The notes: a model not told the origin generated them from the letters alone. Shown: positions 21,912 through 35,312, counted from the stretch's first letter. The stretch is 64,000 nt of DNA from Escherichia coli (GCF_044324785.1 NZ_CP172127.1); one strand, 5' to 3'. Program-made: numbers and translations.

Positions 21912-23285
21912 TTAAATCACCCGAGAGAACTGCTGCATCCGCGCTTTCTGGCGCAGATAGGTATCAAAGCACATGCAAATGTTGCGGATCAGCAAGCGAC
22001 CTTTCGCCGTCACCTGTATTCCCTTCTCATCCACATCCACCAGCCCATCTTTTGCTAACGGGGCGAGCAGCTTGAGATCTTCCGCAAAGTAATCAGCGAA
22101 GTGCAAATCCCACTGTTTCTCAATAGGGGCGTAATCCAGACGGAAGTTGCAGATGAGCGACTTAATCACATCGCGGCGAATACAGTCATCACGCGTTAGC
22201 GCAATACCACGCCACAGCGCATTGCCTTGTTCATCCACTTGCTGATAGTACTGCTTCAACTCTTTCTGGTTCTGCGCGTAGCAGTCGCCAATCATGCTGA
22301 TGGCGGAAACGCCCATCCCCAGCAGATCGGTATCGCCCTGAGTGGTGTAGCCCTGGAAGTTACGGTGCAGCACGCCTTCACGCTGGGCCACCGCCAGCTC
22401 GTCATCCGGACGGGCAAAGTGATCCATACCGATAAACTGATAGCCCGATTGCGTCAGGAAGGCGATGGTTTCCTGCAGGATATCGAGTTTTTGCTGCGGA
22501 CTCGGCAGGTCAGCATCTTTGATTTTGCGCTGAGCAGCAAAAATGGTCGGCAGATGCGCGTAGTTAAAGACACTCAGACGATCGGGGTTCAGCTCCGCCA
22601 CGCGTTTCAGGGTAAAAGCGAAACTCTCCGGCGTCTGTTTCGGCAGGCCGTAAATCAGGTCGATGTTGGTGGAGGTAAAACCAATCTCACGCGCATGGTT
22701 AAGCAGTGCAAAGATGAACTCTTCATCCTGCTCGCGGTTAACCAGACGTTGCACTTCTTTGTTGAAGTCCTGCACGCCCATGCTCAGGCGATTAAAGCCC
22801 TCGGCGCGTAAATGATCGAGTACATCCAGTTCGATTTCGCGCGGATCGACTTCGATCGAAATCTCCGCATCGGCATTGAACTGGAAGTTTTCGCGCAGCA
22901 GCTTCATCAGACGGCTGATTTGCGCTTTGTTCAGATACGTCGGCGTACCACCGCCCCAGTGCAGCTGGCTCACCTTGCGCCCGGCAAAAAGCGGTGCACG
23001 ATGGACGATTTCTTGCTCCAGCGCGTCCAGATACTGATCGGCCTTGTGCTGCTGGCGAGTAACAATCTTATTGCAACCGCAGAAGTAACAAAGCTTATGG
23101 CAGAACGGAATATGTACGTAGAGAGATAATGGACGCTCAGGATAGCGCGCCACGGCTTGTAAAAACGCCTGTTCGCCGAAGTCTTCTGAAAACTCCAGCG
23201 CGGTCGGGTACGAGGTGTATCGTGGCCCGGAATAGTTATATTTCTGGATCAGGGCCAGATCCCAGTCGATTTGCTGTACAGACAT
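21912..23285 (-). CDS. hemN: oxygen-independent coproporphyrinogen III dehydrogenase (radical SAM)
   Basis: ORF track starts at 23291; ATG at 23285 gives MSVQQIDWDL; CxxxCxxC radical-SAM motif (CHKLCYFC). Confidence 0.93.
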   Translation of the reverse strand: MSVQQIDWDLALIQKYNYSGPRYTSYPTALEFSEDFGEQAFLQAVARYPERPLSLYVHIPFCHKLCYFCGCNKIVTRQQHKADQYLDALEQEIVHRAPLFAGRKVSQLHWGGGTPTYLNKAQISRLMKLLRENFQFNADAEISIEVDPREIELDVLDHLRAEGFNRLSMGVQDFNKEVQRLVNREQDEEFIFALLNHAREIGFTSTNIDLIYGLPKQTPESFAFTLKRVAELNPDRLSVFNYAHLPTIFAAQRKIKDADLPSPQQKLDILQETIAFLTQSGYQFIGMDHFARPDDELAVAQREGVLHRNFQGYTTQGDTDLLGMGVSAISMIGDCYAQNQKELKQYYQQVDEQGNALWRGIALTRDDCIRRDVIKSLICNFRLDYAPIEKQWDLHFADYFAEDLKLLAPLAKDGLVDVDEKGIQVTAKGRLLIRNICMCFDTYLRQKARMQQFSRVI

Positions 23286-23474
23286 GCTCACTCCTTCCGA
23301 TGGCGTCTCTGGCGGCTACGGCGTACCGGCGAATGCCCGTTTCGGGTCATCAACCGGTTGCGCAGCCACTTTTGTCGCCGCGACAACCGCTGTAGTTTAA
23401 CGAATAACCACACCAGATAACATATAACCGGAAGGGTTATCAGCAGAACGGGAAGGCCCACGGCGGCAATTCCG

Positions 23475-23984
23475 TTAGTTGCCCCGCAGCAGACGCATCA
23501 TGTCTTCTTGCTTCTCGTCTTCTTCCTCTTCTTCGTCATCGTCATAAGAGAGGCCGAGTTTCTGCATCAACTCATCAATACGATCCAGTTTGGCATCCAC
23601 CCAGGATTGCTCTTCGGCACTCAGGGTTTCGCCTGCTTCCAGACGTTCCAGCAGCGCATCCAGACGCTCATCCGTTTCCAGTAATTCCAACTCCGCCTGC
23701 GGTGAAAGCATAGGTTTCTCACTCTTCGGTTTGTGCTGTTTGGTGACTTTTTCAGTCACGCCCAATGGAATAGGGGTTTTACTGCCAATACGTGGATCTT
23801 TCGGTGCGTTCTGGCCTTTGCTGCCTGACGTGGTGTTACCGCCCGCTGCGCGGCTGCCCGGCGCATGACCTCGACGTTTTTTCTGACGCTTACGGTCACG
23901 AGCTTCCTGATCCAGCTCCTCGCGTGTTTTTCGACGCGCTTTTGCATGACCTTTGCTGCGTGAGTTTGAAGATGATGGTTTCAT
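23475..23984 (-). CDS. yihI: Der GTPase-activating protein YihI
   Basis: ORF track starts at 24047; likely start at 23984 ([13 protein letters not shown]...), basic N-terminus and acidic C-terminus. Confidence 0.88.
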   Translation of the reverse strand: MKPSSSNSRSKGHAKARRKTREELDQEARDRKRQKKRRGHAPGSRAAGGNTTSGSKGQNAPKDPRIGSKTPIPLGVTEKVTKQHKPKSEKPMLSPQAELELLETDERLDALLERLEAGETLSAEEQSWVDAKLDRIDELMQKLGLSYDDDEEEEEDEKQEDMMRLLRGN

Positions 23985-24052
23985 AATGGTTCGTCTTTTA
24001 GCCGTTTTATTCAGTATAGATTTGCGGCGGAATCTAACAGAAAGCAAGCAAA

Positions 24053-24295
24053 GAAAAAAGGCGACAGATTACTCTGTCGCCTTTTTTCCTGACTCATAAC
24101 CCTTAACGGGTCTTACAATCCTTGCAGGCCGCCAACACACCCTGTTTTTCCATTAGCCGGAACAATCCGTGTTGATTCCATTTCCGTTTAATTACGTCTC
24201 CGGACGTTTGTCTTCCTGACAATCCTCTGTCTTCGCCTCCTGGCGCTCCTGACCCTCATCCTGAGTCATTGTTCCTGTTAGCGTCCTCGCTCTAT
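24053..24295 (-). ncRNA. csrC: CsrC small RNA (CsrA-sequestering), multiple GGA motifs, intrinsic terminator at its 3' end
   Basis: Reverse complement reads ATAGAGCGAGGACGCTAACAGGAACAATGACTCAGGATGAGGGTCAGGAGCGCCAGGAGG... ending in GGCGACAG..CTGTCGCC + U-run; matches CsrC as I recall it in the yihI–engB intergenic region. Confidence 0.8.
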
Positions 24296-24565
24296 GGGTG
24301 CTACTTTACGCCTTTGCTTTAAACAAACAATCAACCGCCATCAGTATTTGCACATTTTCAGAGTTTTATATAAAAGCAATTAACTGATTTATATAGCTTA
24401 TTTGACATGCATCGCAGAATTTTCTCTGCTATTTCGCATAAAGACTATCGGCAATGTCTCACAAAGCGTATGGCTTTTACTTACAACGCTCACGCCGAAA
24501 AATCCGCCTTTTATTATGGTTCAGGTATAATCGCCGCAAAGCTTTGACTGACGGAGACGACCGCT

Positions 24566-25198
24566 TTGACTAATTTGAATTATCAACAGACGCATTTTGT
24601 GATGAGTGCGCCTGATATTCGCCACTTACCTTCCGATACCGGAATTGAAGTGGCTTTTGCAGGCCGTTCCAACGCAGGTAAATCCAGCGCGCTGAACACG
24701 CTGACTAACCAGAAAAGCCTGGCTCGTACCTCAAAAACCCCAGGGCGCACCCAGCTTATCAACCTGTTTGAAGTGGCTGACGGCAAGCGTCTGGTTGACC
24801 TGCCCGGCTATGGCTACGCGGAAGTCCCGGAAGAGATGAAGCGCAAATGGCAACGCGCGCTCGGCGAATACCTCGAAAAACGTCAGAGCCTGCAAGGTCT
24901 GGTGGTGCTAATGGATATTCGCCATCCGCTGAAAGATTTGGATCAACAGATGATTGAGTGGGCGGTAGACAGCAATATCGCCGTGCTGGTGCTACTGACC
25001 AAAGCGGACAAACTGGCAAGCGGCGCACGTAAAGCGCAATTGAATATGGTGCGTGAAGCGGTGCTGGCGTTTAACGGTGATGTGCAGGTTGAAACGTTCT
25101 CTTCACTGAAGAAACAAGGCGTGGACAAGCTGCGGCAGAAACTGGATACCTGGTTTAACGAGATGCAGCCTGTAGAAGAAACGCAGGACGGCGAATAA
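24566..25198 (+). CDS. engB: ribosome biogenesis GTPase EngB (YihA); TTG start
   Basis: 210-aa [24 protein letters not shown]..., G1 motif GRSNAGKSS. Confidence 0.9.
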   Translation: MTNLNYQQTHFVMSAPDIRHLPSDTGIEVAFAGRSNAGKSSALNTLTNQKSLARTSKTPGRTQLINLFEVADGKRLVDLPGYGYAEVPEEMKRKWQRALGEYLEKRQSLQGLVVLMDIRHPLKDLDQQMIEWAVDSNIAVLVLLTKADKLASGARKAQLNMVREAVLAFNGDVQVETFSSLKKQGVDKLRQKLDTWFNEMQPVEETQDGE

Positions 25199-25323
25199 TT
25201 TTCTTGCCTTAATGCTTGTGCCGGATGTGGCGTATCCGGCCCGTAAATTCAATAGATTACACTTCTACCGTTGGCCTGATAAACATGGCGCATCAGGCAT
25301 TACGGATCTTTTCTTTCGCCCAA

Positions 25324-25432
25324 TAAAAAACGCCCCAGTCATTACTGACTGGGGCGGCTAAAATATTCAGCCAAATCCGATTACGTGAAGTAAAAGGTCT
25401 GAAAGATAGAACATCTTACCTCTGTACCCTAC
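25324..25432 (-). ncRNA. spf: Spot 42 small RNA
   Basis: Reverse complement reads GTAGGGTACAGAGGTAAGATGTTCTATCTTTCAGACCTTTTACTTCACGTAATCGGATTTGGCTGAATATTTTAGCCGCCCCAGTCAGTAATGACTGGGGCGTTTTTTA. Confidence 0.9.
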
Positions 25433-25579
25433 GCGACTAACTTTACTCTTTTTTGTTCAGTTCAGAAAGCACTTTTTGTAATTTTTTTTCAGTTGTTGCA
25501 TAGGAATTTCTAATAGCCATCACAAAACGTGACAGCTTATGTTGCTTACTTACGAAAAAAGGGCATGTTCAGGTGAATC

Positions 25580-28366
25580 TTAGTGCGCCTGATCCCAGTT
25601 TTCGCCACTCCCCACTTCCACCAGCAGCGGCACATCCAGACGGGTACAGTTTTCCATCAGTTGATGAATCTGCTTCGCGACGGCATCGACATCATCTTTA
25701 TGAACTTCAAATACCAGTTCATCGTGTACCTGCATGATCATACGCACACGCGGTTGCTCAGCCTGTAGCCACGCATCAACGGCAATCATCGCCCGTTTGA
25801 TAATGTCGGCGGCGGTTCCCTGCATTGGCGCGTTAATGGCTGCACGTTCAGCCGCTGCACGACGAGCCCCATTGCTGGATTTGATATCCGGCAGATACAG
25901 ACGGCGTCCGTCCAGCGTTTCAACGTAGCCCTGCTCTTTCGCCTGAGCACGGGTGCGTTCCATATACTCCAGCACGCCAGGGTAGCGTTCGAAGTAAAGG
26001 TCCATGTACTTCTGCGCTTCTTTACGTGGAATGTTCAATTGCCGCGCCAGACCGAAAGCACTCATGCCATAAATCAGACCAAAGTTGATCGCTTTCGCGC
26101 TACGGCGTTGCTCGCTGGTTACGGTTTCCAGTGGCAAACCAAACACTTCTGCCGCCGTAGCCCGGTGGATATCTTTTCCTTCCGCGAATGCGGTCAGCAA
26201 GCCTTTGTCACGCGAGAGATGCGCCATAATGCGCAGTTCAATCTGCGAGTAGTCCGCTGAGACAATCACATAATCCTCTGGCGCAATAAACGCCTGGCGG
26301 ATACGACGACCTTCTTCGTTACGCACCGGAATGTTTTGCAGGTTAGGATCGGTTGACGATAAACGTCCCGTTGCAGTTACTGCCTGGTGATAAGAGGTAT
26401 GCACACGCCCGGTTTTCGGGTTGATCATCAGCGGCAGCTTGTCGGTGTAAGTCGATTTCAGCTTCGCCAGACCACGATACTCCAGAATCACTTTTGGCAA
26501 CGGATAGTCCAGCGCCAGTTCTTCCAGTACCTCTTCCGACGTTGACGGCGCGCCACCCGGCGTTTTCTTCAGCGGTTTAATTCCCTGTTTTTCAAACAGA
26601 ATGGTTTGCAACTGCTTGGTGGAGGAAAGGTTAAATTCTTCACCTGCAATTTCATGCGCTTTCTTTTCCAGCTCAGCCAGACGAAGAGTGAGCTCTTCAG
26701 AATGATTGTGCAGCACTTTCGGATCGATCTTCACACCGTTACGTTCAATGCGTGAAAGCACCGGCACTAGCGGCATTTCGATATTCTCGAAGACGTTCAA
26801 CGGCCCTTTGTGTTTTTGCAGATCCGGCCACATTTTCAGATGCAACTGCAAGGTGACATCTGCATCTTCGGCGGCGTAACGTCCGGCCTCTTCGAGAGCA
26901 ATCTGGTTAAAGGTCAGTTGATTTTTGCCTTTACCCGCAATCTCTTCAAAAGTGATGGTTTTGTGCTTCAACCAACGTTCCGCGAGGCTGTCCATATCGT
27001 GACGCCCGGCAACGCTATTGAGAATGTAGGACTCCAGCATGGTATCAAACGCAATCCCACGCAGCTCAATGCCGTAATTCGCCAGAATACCGCGATCGTA
27101 TTTCAGGTTTTGCCCAACCTTCAGCGCCTTTTCATCTTCCAGCAGCGGTTTTAGCAACTCGAGTGCACGCTCGCGAGAGATTTGATCGGGCGCATCAAGA
27201 TAATCATGAGCAACCGGAATATATGCCGCTACGCCTGGCTCGATAGCAAAAGAAAGCCCGACCAGGTTAGCAGAGATGTTATCAAGGCTGTCGGTTTCGG
27301 TATCAAATGCAAATACCGGCGCTTTTTCCAGCTTCGCAATCCACGCTTTCAGTGTTTCTTCATCAAGGATGGTGACGTAGTTGTCATAAGAAATCACCGT
27401 TGCCGTCACTTCTGGTGCTTCGTCTGCAACACTGGTTTCCTGTGGCTTCGCGGCTGGTTTTGCCCCTTTGGCCTGTAACCATTTGCCCGCTTCGACATCA
27501 GCAGTCCAGCGTTTGAACTCATACTTTTTGAACAGCCCCAACAACTCTTCCGCTGCCGGTTGCTGCACTTCCAGTTGTTCACAGGTCAGCTCCAGTTCAA
27601 CGTCGGTTTTAATCGTCGCCAGCTGGTATGAGAGATAAGCAACTTCTTTGTTTTGCTCGAGCTTCGCTGCCATTGTTTTCGCGCCACGGAAGCTCAACCC
27701 AGCAATTTTTTCTGGCTCGGCATACAGCGTATCCAGGCCGCCAAGACCTTGCAGCAATGCCTGCGCGGTTTTTTCACCGACGCCCGGTACGCCAGGAATG
27801 TTATCAGAGGAGTCACCCATCAGCGCCAGGAAATCGATGATCAGTTCTGGCGGCACGCCGTACTTATTCACCACCTCTTCCGGTCCGAGGATGGTATTCG
27901 TCATGGTATTGATAAGCGTAATATTTGGCGTCACCAGCTGCGCCATATCTTTATCGCCAGTGCTGATCAGCACCGGACGCCCGGCTTTTTCGGCTTCGCG
28001 CGCCAGAGTACCGATAACGTCGTCCGCTTCTACGCCAGAAACCGCCAGCAGCGGCAGTCCCATCGCTTTAACCATCGCGTGCAAGGGTTCGATTTGTGCA
28101 CGCAGATCGTCCGGCATTGGTGGGCGATGTGATTTGTAATGTTCAAACAGTTCATCACGAAAGGTTTTTCCCTTGGCGTCAAAGACCACCGCTGCATGCG
28201 TCGGTTTATATTGCATGATCAGACTGCGCAGCATGTTGAGGACACCATACATCGCACCGGTCGGCTCGCCTGCGCTGTTAGTCAGCGGGGGAAACGCGTG
28301 ATATGCGCGATAAAGATAAGATGAACCATCTACAAGGATAAGTGGATTTTGGGGGATCTGAACCAT
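25580..28366 (-). CDS. polA: DNA polymerase I
   Basis: 928-aa ORF, recognised. Confidence 0.97.
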
Positions 28367-28729
28367 AATGTCCGTGCCTGTTTATCAGATTATGGGTAAA
28401 GGATGCCACAGACAGGATGAAAACATGAGTTTTTCACCGCTTTTCGTGAAAATCTTTTGTAGATCTTCTGGATCGCTCGCAAATCGTCATGTGGATAACT
28501 TTGTGCATAAATTATTTACATCGCTTTTAATTTATTATCATGCTTTTTACAGCATGATGTTTGTCTTTGTTTTTCATGAAGTTAAAAATAAGACCATCCC
28601 TAATAATTGAGATAATGGGATTTTTTCTAATGTGGATAGATATGAATTATTTTTCTCCTTAAGGATCATCCGTTATTTGGGTCGTTTTCTGCTAAAATCT
28701 GCGCCTTGCGCTTCTTTAGCGCACTGTCT

Positions 28730-29662
28730 ATGGCTAACCTTTTGAATAAATTCATTATGACGAGAATACTCGCTGCGATAACCCTTTTGCTGAGTATCGT
28801 ATTGACCATTTTGGTCACTATTTTTTGCTCCGTCCCGATCATCATTGCCGGGATTGTAAAACTATTGCTCCCTGTGCCAGTCATTTGGCGAAAGGTTTCG
28901 CGGTTTTGTGATTTTATGATGTATTGCTGGTGTGAAGGTCTGGCGGTATTACTGCATCTGAACCCACACCTGCAATGGGAAGTTCACGGGCTGGAAGGGT
29001 TAAGTAAGAAGAACTGGTATCTGCTTATTTGTAACCACCGTAGTTGGGCAGATATTGTCGTACTGTGCGTGCTGTTTCGTAAGCACATTCCGATGAATAA
29101 ATATTTCCTCAAGCAACAGCTGGCCTGGGTGCCATTTCTTGGCCTAGCATGCTGGGCGCTGGATATGCCGTTTATGAAGCGTTATTCCCGCGCTTATTTA
29201 TTACGTCATCCGGAGAGACGTGGTAAAGATGTTGAAACTACTCGGCGTTCTTGTGAAAAGTTTCGCCTGCATCCCACCACCATTGTCAATTTCGTTGAAG
29301 GCTCCCGTTTCACGCAAGAAAAACATCAGCAAACGCACTCCACTTTTCAAAACTTGTTGCCACCAAAGGCGGCAGGCATTGCGATGGCGCTAAATGTACT
29401 GGGTAAACAATTCGATAAACTGCTTAATGTTACGCTGTGTTATCCGGACAATAACCGTCAGCCGTTCTTAGATATGTTAAGCGGTAAACTGACGCGAATT
29501 GTCGTACATGTGGATTTACAGCCTATTGCCGATGAGTTACATGGCGACTACATCAATGACAAAAGCTTTAAGCGCCATTTTCAGCAATGGCTGAACTCAC
29601 TGTGGCAGGAAAAAGACCGACTTCTGACGTCTCTCATGTCATCACAGCGTCAGAATAAGTAA
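28730..29662 (+). CDS. yihG: PlsC-family acyltransferase
   Basis: ORF track starts at 28706; likely start 28730 ([10 protein letters not shown]...); NHRSWxD acyltransferase motif. Confidence 0.85.
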   Translation: MANLLNKFIMTRILAAITLLLSIVLTILVTIFCSVPIIIAGIVKLLLPVPVIWRKVSRFCDFMMYCWCEGLAVLLHLNPHLQWEVHGLEGLSKKNWYLLICNHRSWADIVVLCVLFRKHIPMNKYFLKQQLAWVPFLGLACWALDMPFMKRYSRAYLLRHPERRGKDVETTRRSCEKFRLHPTTIVNFVEGSRFTQEKHQQTHSTFQNLLPPKAAGIAMALNVLGKQFDKLLNVTLCYPDNNRQPFLDMLSGKLTRIVVHVDLQPIADELHGDYINDKSFKRHFQQWLNSLWQEKDRLLTSLMSSQRQNK

Positions 29663-29702
29663 GTTTTACTCGCCTCTGAATGAGCAGAGGCGAGTGAGTA
29701 TT

Positions 29703-31133
29703 TTAATGAACAAAACGTCCGGCACGAGACATAAATTCTTCTTCGCTCATTTCCTGTCCGTTAAAAACAACTTTACCCGGTGTATAACGCAGTTGCAGCG
29801 AGGCGGTATTGTTGTCAATCGTGATTAACTGAAACATCTGACCTAATGTCATCATCCCGCTGATTTGTTTATCAGCCCGCTTTTGCGCTTTTTCAGCATC
29901 CATTCCTTCAGATAAATTAAGCTGTTTTGCGGTTTCTGTGACGACATTAAGCGGTAACTTCACATCAAAATTGAGCGATTTAATATCTTTGTTTGTGGAT
30001 GATGAGGATTTGGCTGGGTCGGCAATACTGATATCCAGATTGGCATTTAGTTCGCCGAGTGCATTCTTCCATCTTACCGGTTGTTTAATGGTCGGCTCAC
30101 TTTTTTGTAATAACGGTAAATACTCTTTGAACAATGCAGCATTCACTTCTTGCAGAGCAACTTCATCGTTTGCTAACTCAGGGTGTGCAGCAAGCTGCTT
30201 CTGCATCGCAATGTTATACTGGATGACAAATTGGCGCACCGCTGAGGGATCAATAGATTCAGCAATCAATGACCACTCACCACTACCGAGTTGCTGATTC
30301 CCTTTTGTTAACTTATCAAGTTCGTAGGTCAGATTGACATTGATATAATCTTTGTCTTTAACGCGATCCAGCCTGGTTTTTGCAACGAAAGCATCGATTT
30401 GGGCAACGTCTTCCCCGTGATTGATAATGTTAATCTGGTTAAATTTCGACTCGCTTTCGCCAACCGGAAATTTCTTTTCTTCTAATCGCGTTAGAGAATC
30501 AATGGTAAAACTTTTCGCCGTTACTTTGTTCAATGGCGATAGTTCTAAAACAATATCTTCGACTTTGCCTTCAATATCCAGGTTAGATAATGAACTACCA
30601 TCACCATTAAAAGTAAACTGGCCCTTACCAAAGGAAAACTTTCCATACTCTGCAGGGGCAACATCTAATGTCGTGGAGAATGAGCTACCAAACGCGAATC
30701 GCAATGTCGCTTCCACGGGCGATTTATTTTTTGCGGCGATAAATAGCGGTTGTGTCAGTTCATTATTCACAAAGTTCACTTTTGCCGCTGCCAGTGCGGG
30801 GATGACATTACCACGCATTAACATTGTGATGGGCAACGGACCGTGCTCAACATCCACATCAAATGCAACTTTCTGGCCTGGCTTGATATTGAGATCGGGT
30901 GCACCGTTATCAAATGTTATTTGCATTTGAAAATGAGAATTAAAAAAGCCTTTGTCAAAGTTTTTATAACTTAACGTCATATCGTAGGCATGTTCACCTT
31001 TCTTTTTAGCATCGTTAAAATCTTTAATAAATTTTTCGACACCAGGCTGAATTTGCGTACCTGTGTACCATGTGCCACCACCCCAGATTACGGCTAACGC
31101 AACAATAACACCTGTAGCTGACTTACGTATCAT
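29703..31133 (-). CDS. yihF: DUF945-family protein
   Basis: ORF track starts at 31175; likely start 31133 (MIRKSATGVIVALAVIWGGG), synteny. Confidence 0.82.
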   Translation of the reverse strand: MIRKSATGVIVALAVIWGGGTWYTGTQIQPGVEKFIKDFNDAKKKGEHAYDMTLSYKNFDKGFFNSHFQMQITFDNGAPDLNIKPGQKVAFDVDVEHGPLPITMLMRGNVIPALAAAKVNFVNNELTQPLFIAAKNKSPVEATLRFAFGSSFSTTLDVAPAEYGKFSFGKGQFTFNGDGSSLSNLDIEGKVEDIVLELSPLNKVTAKSFTIDSLTRLEEKKFPVGESESKFNQINIINHGEDVAQIDAFVAKTRLDRVKDKDYINVNLTYELDKLTKGNQQLGSGEWSLIAESIDPSAVRQFVIQYNIAMQKQLAAHPELANDEVALQEVNAALFKEYLPLLQKSEPTIKQPVRWKNALGELNANLDISIADPAKSSSSTNKDIKSLNFDVKLPLNVVTETAKQLNLSEGMDAEKAQKRADKQISGMMTLGQMFQLITIDNNTASLQLRYTPGKVVFNGQEMSEEEFMSRAGRFVH

Positions 31134-31286
31134 ATAAATATTCCCTGATAAAACAGCAAAACTTTGAATATCCACTTATGCTGAAATAATGTCCAGCGGC
31201 AGGATGCATTATCAGAATGTATTTATATTTATTAAATAATAAAAAAGCCCGTGAATATTCACGGGCTTTATGTAATTTACATTGAA

Positions 31287-31913
31287 TTATTTTTTCTCGG
31301 ACAGATATTTCACTGTATCAGCATACTGCTGAACAAAAACATCCATATTGCTGGTATCCATACCCTGCGGATTCAGCTGATATTTACCGTTAACAAACAT
31401 CGCCGGAACACCACGCAATTGCACGTCAGCTGCAGCTTTTTCCTGCTGAGCGACCAGAGATTTCACCACGAAGCTGTTCCACGCCGCGTCGTACTCTTCA
31501 CCTTTAATACCTGCGTTGATAAATACATCGCGGATATCAGATGCTGAACGAATGGTCTGGGTTTTCTGTACGCCTTCAAACAGCGGAACAGTCACTTTGT
31601 CTTCCACGCCCAGCGCCATCGCCACAGCCCATGCCTGAGTCAGATCTTTGCCCAGGTCACCACCCATGAAGTTGACGTGGTATTTAGTCATCTTCACGCC
31701 TTCCGGCAGTTTTTTCTTCACATTATCAGAAATATGCAGAACTTCTTCAAACTGATAGCAGTGCGGGCAGAAGAAAGAGAAAAACTCCAGCACTTGCGGC
31801 GCGCCAGCTACCGGTTTTTCCAGGGTAGTGTACTGTTTACCATCTTCATACTGCGCCGCCGATGCGCTAAACGCTAAAACTAAACCAGCCAGCGCCAGCC
31901 AAATCTTTTTCAT
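31287..31913 (-). CDS. dsbA: periplasmic thiol:disulfide oxidoreductase DsbA
   Basis: 208-aa ORF, signal peptide, CPHC active site. Confidence 0.95.
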
Positions 31914-31929
31914 GATCTACTCTCTCCGA

Positions 31930-32916
31930 TTAATACATAGGTGTTAATTGCAAAGGGGGTTCTTGTAGAACTTTTGCCTGTTCTATAAAAGTCGCCGTCT
32001 GTCGTAGCCAGTAATCTTCCCCGGTTAACCACGGGAAATTTTTCAGGAACGCGGGATCAGCCCAACGCCGCATTAGCCAGGCAAGATAATAAACCAAACG
32101 CATGGCGCGTAAAGGTTCAATCAGTCCGATTTCAGCGGTGTCGAACTCGCTAAATTCTTCATAAGCTTCAATAATAGTTTCCAGTTGCATCCGCTGCTCG
32201 GCTTTATCGCCATTGAGCAACATCCACAAATCCTGAATAGCTGGACCATTACGTGCATCATCCAGATCAACAAACATTGGACCATCGCGCCAGAAAATAT
32301 TCCCGGCGTGGCAGTCTCCATGTAGCCGCAGAACGGTGAAATCTTCCCGCCAGTGTGCTGTAACGGCGGCGATCAGCTCATCTGTCGCTTTCAGAAATGC
32401 CGCTTTCAACCCGGAAGGTATCAGTGTAGCGTCCTCAAACAGCTTGCGAGGCTCAATGAGATATTCATTCAGACCGATGGTCGGGCGATGGATAAAAAGC
32501 TGTTTGCGCCCCGTCTGGTGCATACGCCCTAAATAACGCCCAACCGCTTCCATCTGATCGATATTATCAGCTTCGAACTGGCGACCACCGACGCTTGGAA
32601 AAACAGCGAAATAAAATCCCTGATGATTCAATAAAGTCTGACCGTTAAAGGCCACAGGTGCTGCGACCGGAACTTCATCATTTACCAACTGCAACGCAAA
32701 TTGATGTTCTTCGAGGATTTGATCGGGTGTCCAACGTTCAGGACGATAAAATTTGACGACAAAACGTCGACGATCTTCGTCCTGAAATTGATAGACACGG
32801 TTTTCATAGCTGTTAAGCGGGGTAAGACCGGAATCCACCCGGATCCCTTGCTCAAACAGAGCATCCATGATGGTATCCGGGTGTAGTGTCTGGAAAGTAA
32901 AAGCGCTGTTGTTCAT
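31930..32916 (-). CDS. srkA: stress response Ser/Thr kinase SrkA (YihE)
   Basis: 328-aa ORF, recognised, synteny. Confidence 0.9.
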   Translation of the reverse strand: MNNSAFTFQTLHPDTIMDALFEQGIRVDSGLTPLNSYENRVYQFQDEDRRRFVVKFYRPERWTPDQILEEHQFALQLVNDEVPVAAPVAFNGQTLLNHQGFYFAVFPSVGGRQFEADNIDQMEAVGRYLGRMHQTGRKQLFIHRPTIGLNEYLIEPRKLFEDATLIPSGLKAAFLKATDELIAAVTAHWREDFTVLRLHGDCHAGNIFWRDGPMFVDLDDARNGPAIQDLWMLLNGDKAEQRMQLETIIEAYEEFSEFDTAEIGLIEPLRAMRLVYYLAWLMRRWADPAFLKNFPWLTGEDYWLRQTATFIEQAKVLQEPPLQLTPMY

Positions 32917-32992
32917 CCCATCATCCGGAAAACATTACGAATGATGAAGGATATCATTTCACGATGATTTTGGTGGCACCGCTTACAAGCTT

Positions 32993-33262
32993 TTACTCTT
33001 TAATTACGCCGCGAGCGCGTAACAGCGCCGTTTTGAAGTCTTCTTCATAATCTTTCTGCAAACCCGGGATCACCGCATCTTTCGCGGAATCACGCATTTT
33101 CAGGTGATAGATCAGAATGTCATCCGTCAAATCCGCCAGTTCGCCGTCAAAACCTGACTCTTTCGCCAGTTTCTGCAAAAATTGCAACAGGTTAAGGTCT
33201 GGCTCTTTTTGCCAGGCTGGCTGGAGGAGTTCAATAACTTCATTCAGACGTTTACATTTCAT
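32993..33262 (-). CDS. yihD: small conserved protein YihD
   Basis: ORF track starts at 33292; likely start 33262 ([14 protein letters not shown]...). Confidence 0.8.
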
Positions 33263-33331
33263 AGTGATGCTCCTTACTCTTGAGACAGACACGTTAGCAG
33301 GGTCAATCCCACAATAAAAGAGGCGATATCG

Positions 33332-33916
33332 GTGAATCTGATGACGACGATAACAGGCGTTGTGCTGGCAGGCGGTAAAGCCAGACGAATGGGCGGCGTA
33401 GATAAAGGATTGCTTGAATTAAACGGCAAACCATTATGGCAACATGTCGCTGACGCGCTTATGACGCAGCTCTCTCACGTCGTGGTTAATGCTAATCGTC
33501 ATCAGGAAATCTATCAGGCAAGCGGTCTGAAAGTGATTGAAGATTCACTGGCGAATTACCCAGGCCCTCTGGCAGGAATGCTTTCAGTAATGCAGCAGGA
33601 AGCTGGTGAGTGGTTTTTGTTTTGTCCGTGCGATACGCCTTACATTCCCCATGATTTAGCCGCCCGGCTTAATCATCAGCGCAAAGATGCGCCTGTCGTG
33701 TGGGTCCATGACGGTGAACGCGATCACCCGACTATTGCTCTGGTAAACCGCGCTATTGAGCCTTTATTACTAGAATATCTGCAAGCAGGAGAACGCCGGG
33801 TAATGGCATTTATGCGTCTGGCTGGCGGGCATGCGGTTGATTTCAGCGATCATAAAGATGCATTTGTTAACGTGAATACGCCAGAGGAGCTTGCCCGATG
33901 GCAGGAAAAACGATGA
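33332..33916 (+). CDS. mobA: molybdenum cofactor guanylyltransferase MobA
   Basis: 194-aa [14 protein letters not shown] motif. Confidence 0.9.
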
Positions 33917-34425
33917 TACCGTTACTCGCCTTTGCCGCGTGGAGTGGTACCGGAAAAACTACGCTTTTGAAAAAACTGATCCCGGCATTATGCGCCAGAG
34001 GGATCCGTCCAGGGCTGATTAAGCATACGCACCATGATATGGATGTTGATAAGCCAGGCAAAGATAGCTATGAGCTGCGCAAGGCTGGCGCGGCACAAAC
34101 CATCGTTGCCAGCCAGCAACGATGGGCCTTGATGACGGAAACACCAGACGAAGAAGAGCTGGATCTACATTTTCTCGCAAGTCGAATGGATACCTCAAAG
34201 CTGGATTTGATTCTGGTCGAAGGGTTTAAGCATGAAGAGATCGCAAAGATTGTGCTGTTTCGCGATGGAGCCGGACATCGACCGGAAGAATTAGTGATAG
34301 ACAGACATGTTATTGCTGTAGCCAGTGATGTGCCGCTTAATCTTGATGTCGCGTTACTGGATATTAATGATGTTGAGGGGCTGGCTGATTTTGTGGTGGA
34401 GTGGATGCAAAAGCAGAACGGATAA
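33898..34425 (+). CDS. mobB: molybdopterin-guanine dinucleotide biosynthesis adapter MobB
   Basis: 175-aa ORF, P-loop GTGKTT, overlaps mobA 3' end. Confidence 0.9.
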   Translation: MAGKTMIPLLAFAAWSGTGKTTLLKKLIPALCARGIRPGLIKHTHHDMDVDKPGKDSYELRKAGAAQTIVASQQRWALMTETPDEEELDLHFLASRMDTSKLDLILVEGFKHEEIAKIVLFRDGAGHRPEELVIDRHVIAVASDVPLNLDVALLDINDVEGLADFVVEWMQKQNG

Positions 34426-34452
34426 GCAAGAGTAGGCTGGATAAGACGCGCC

Positions 34453-35208
<756 letters not shown>

Positions 35209-35312
35209 ATCAGCATACTTGTCCTTAGCCTTCTGCAGTGACAGCTGGTAGTACAGCGTGCTTCTGGCCAGCCCTGCAGCCTTTAACAGGTCAGACTGGC
35301 AGTGTCCGCACC

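Noticed and set aside
27648-28139. Two ~160-aa ORFs on the + strand
   Set aside because: Antisense to polA.
28368-28610. 80-aa ORF in the polA–yihG divergent intergenic region
   Set aside because: AT-rich promoter region; hydrophobic low-complexity translation and no RBS; probably spurious.
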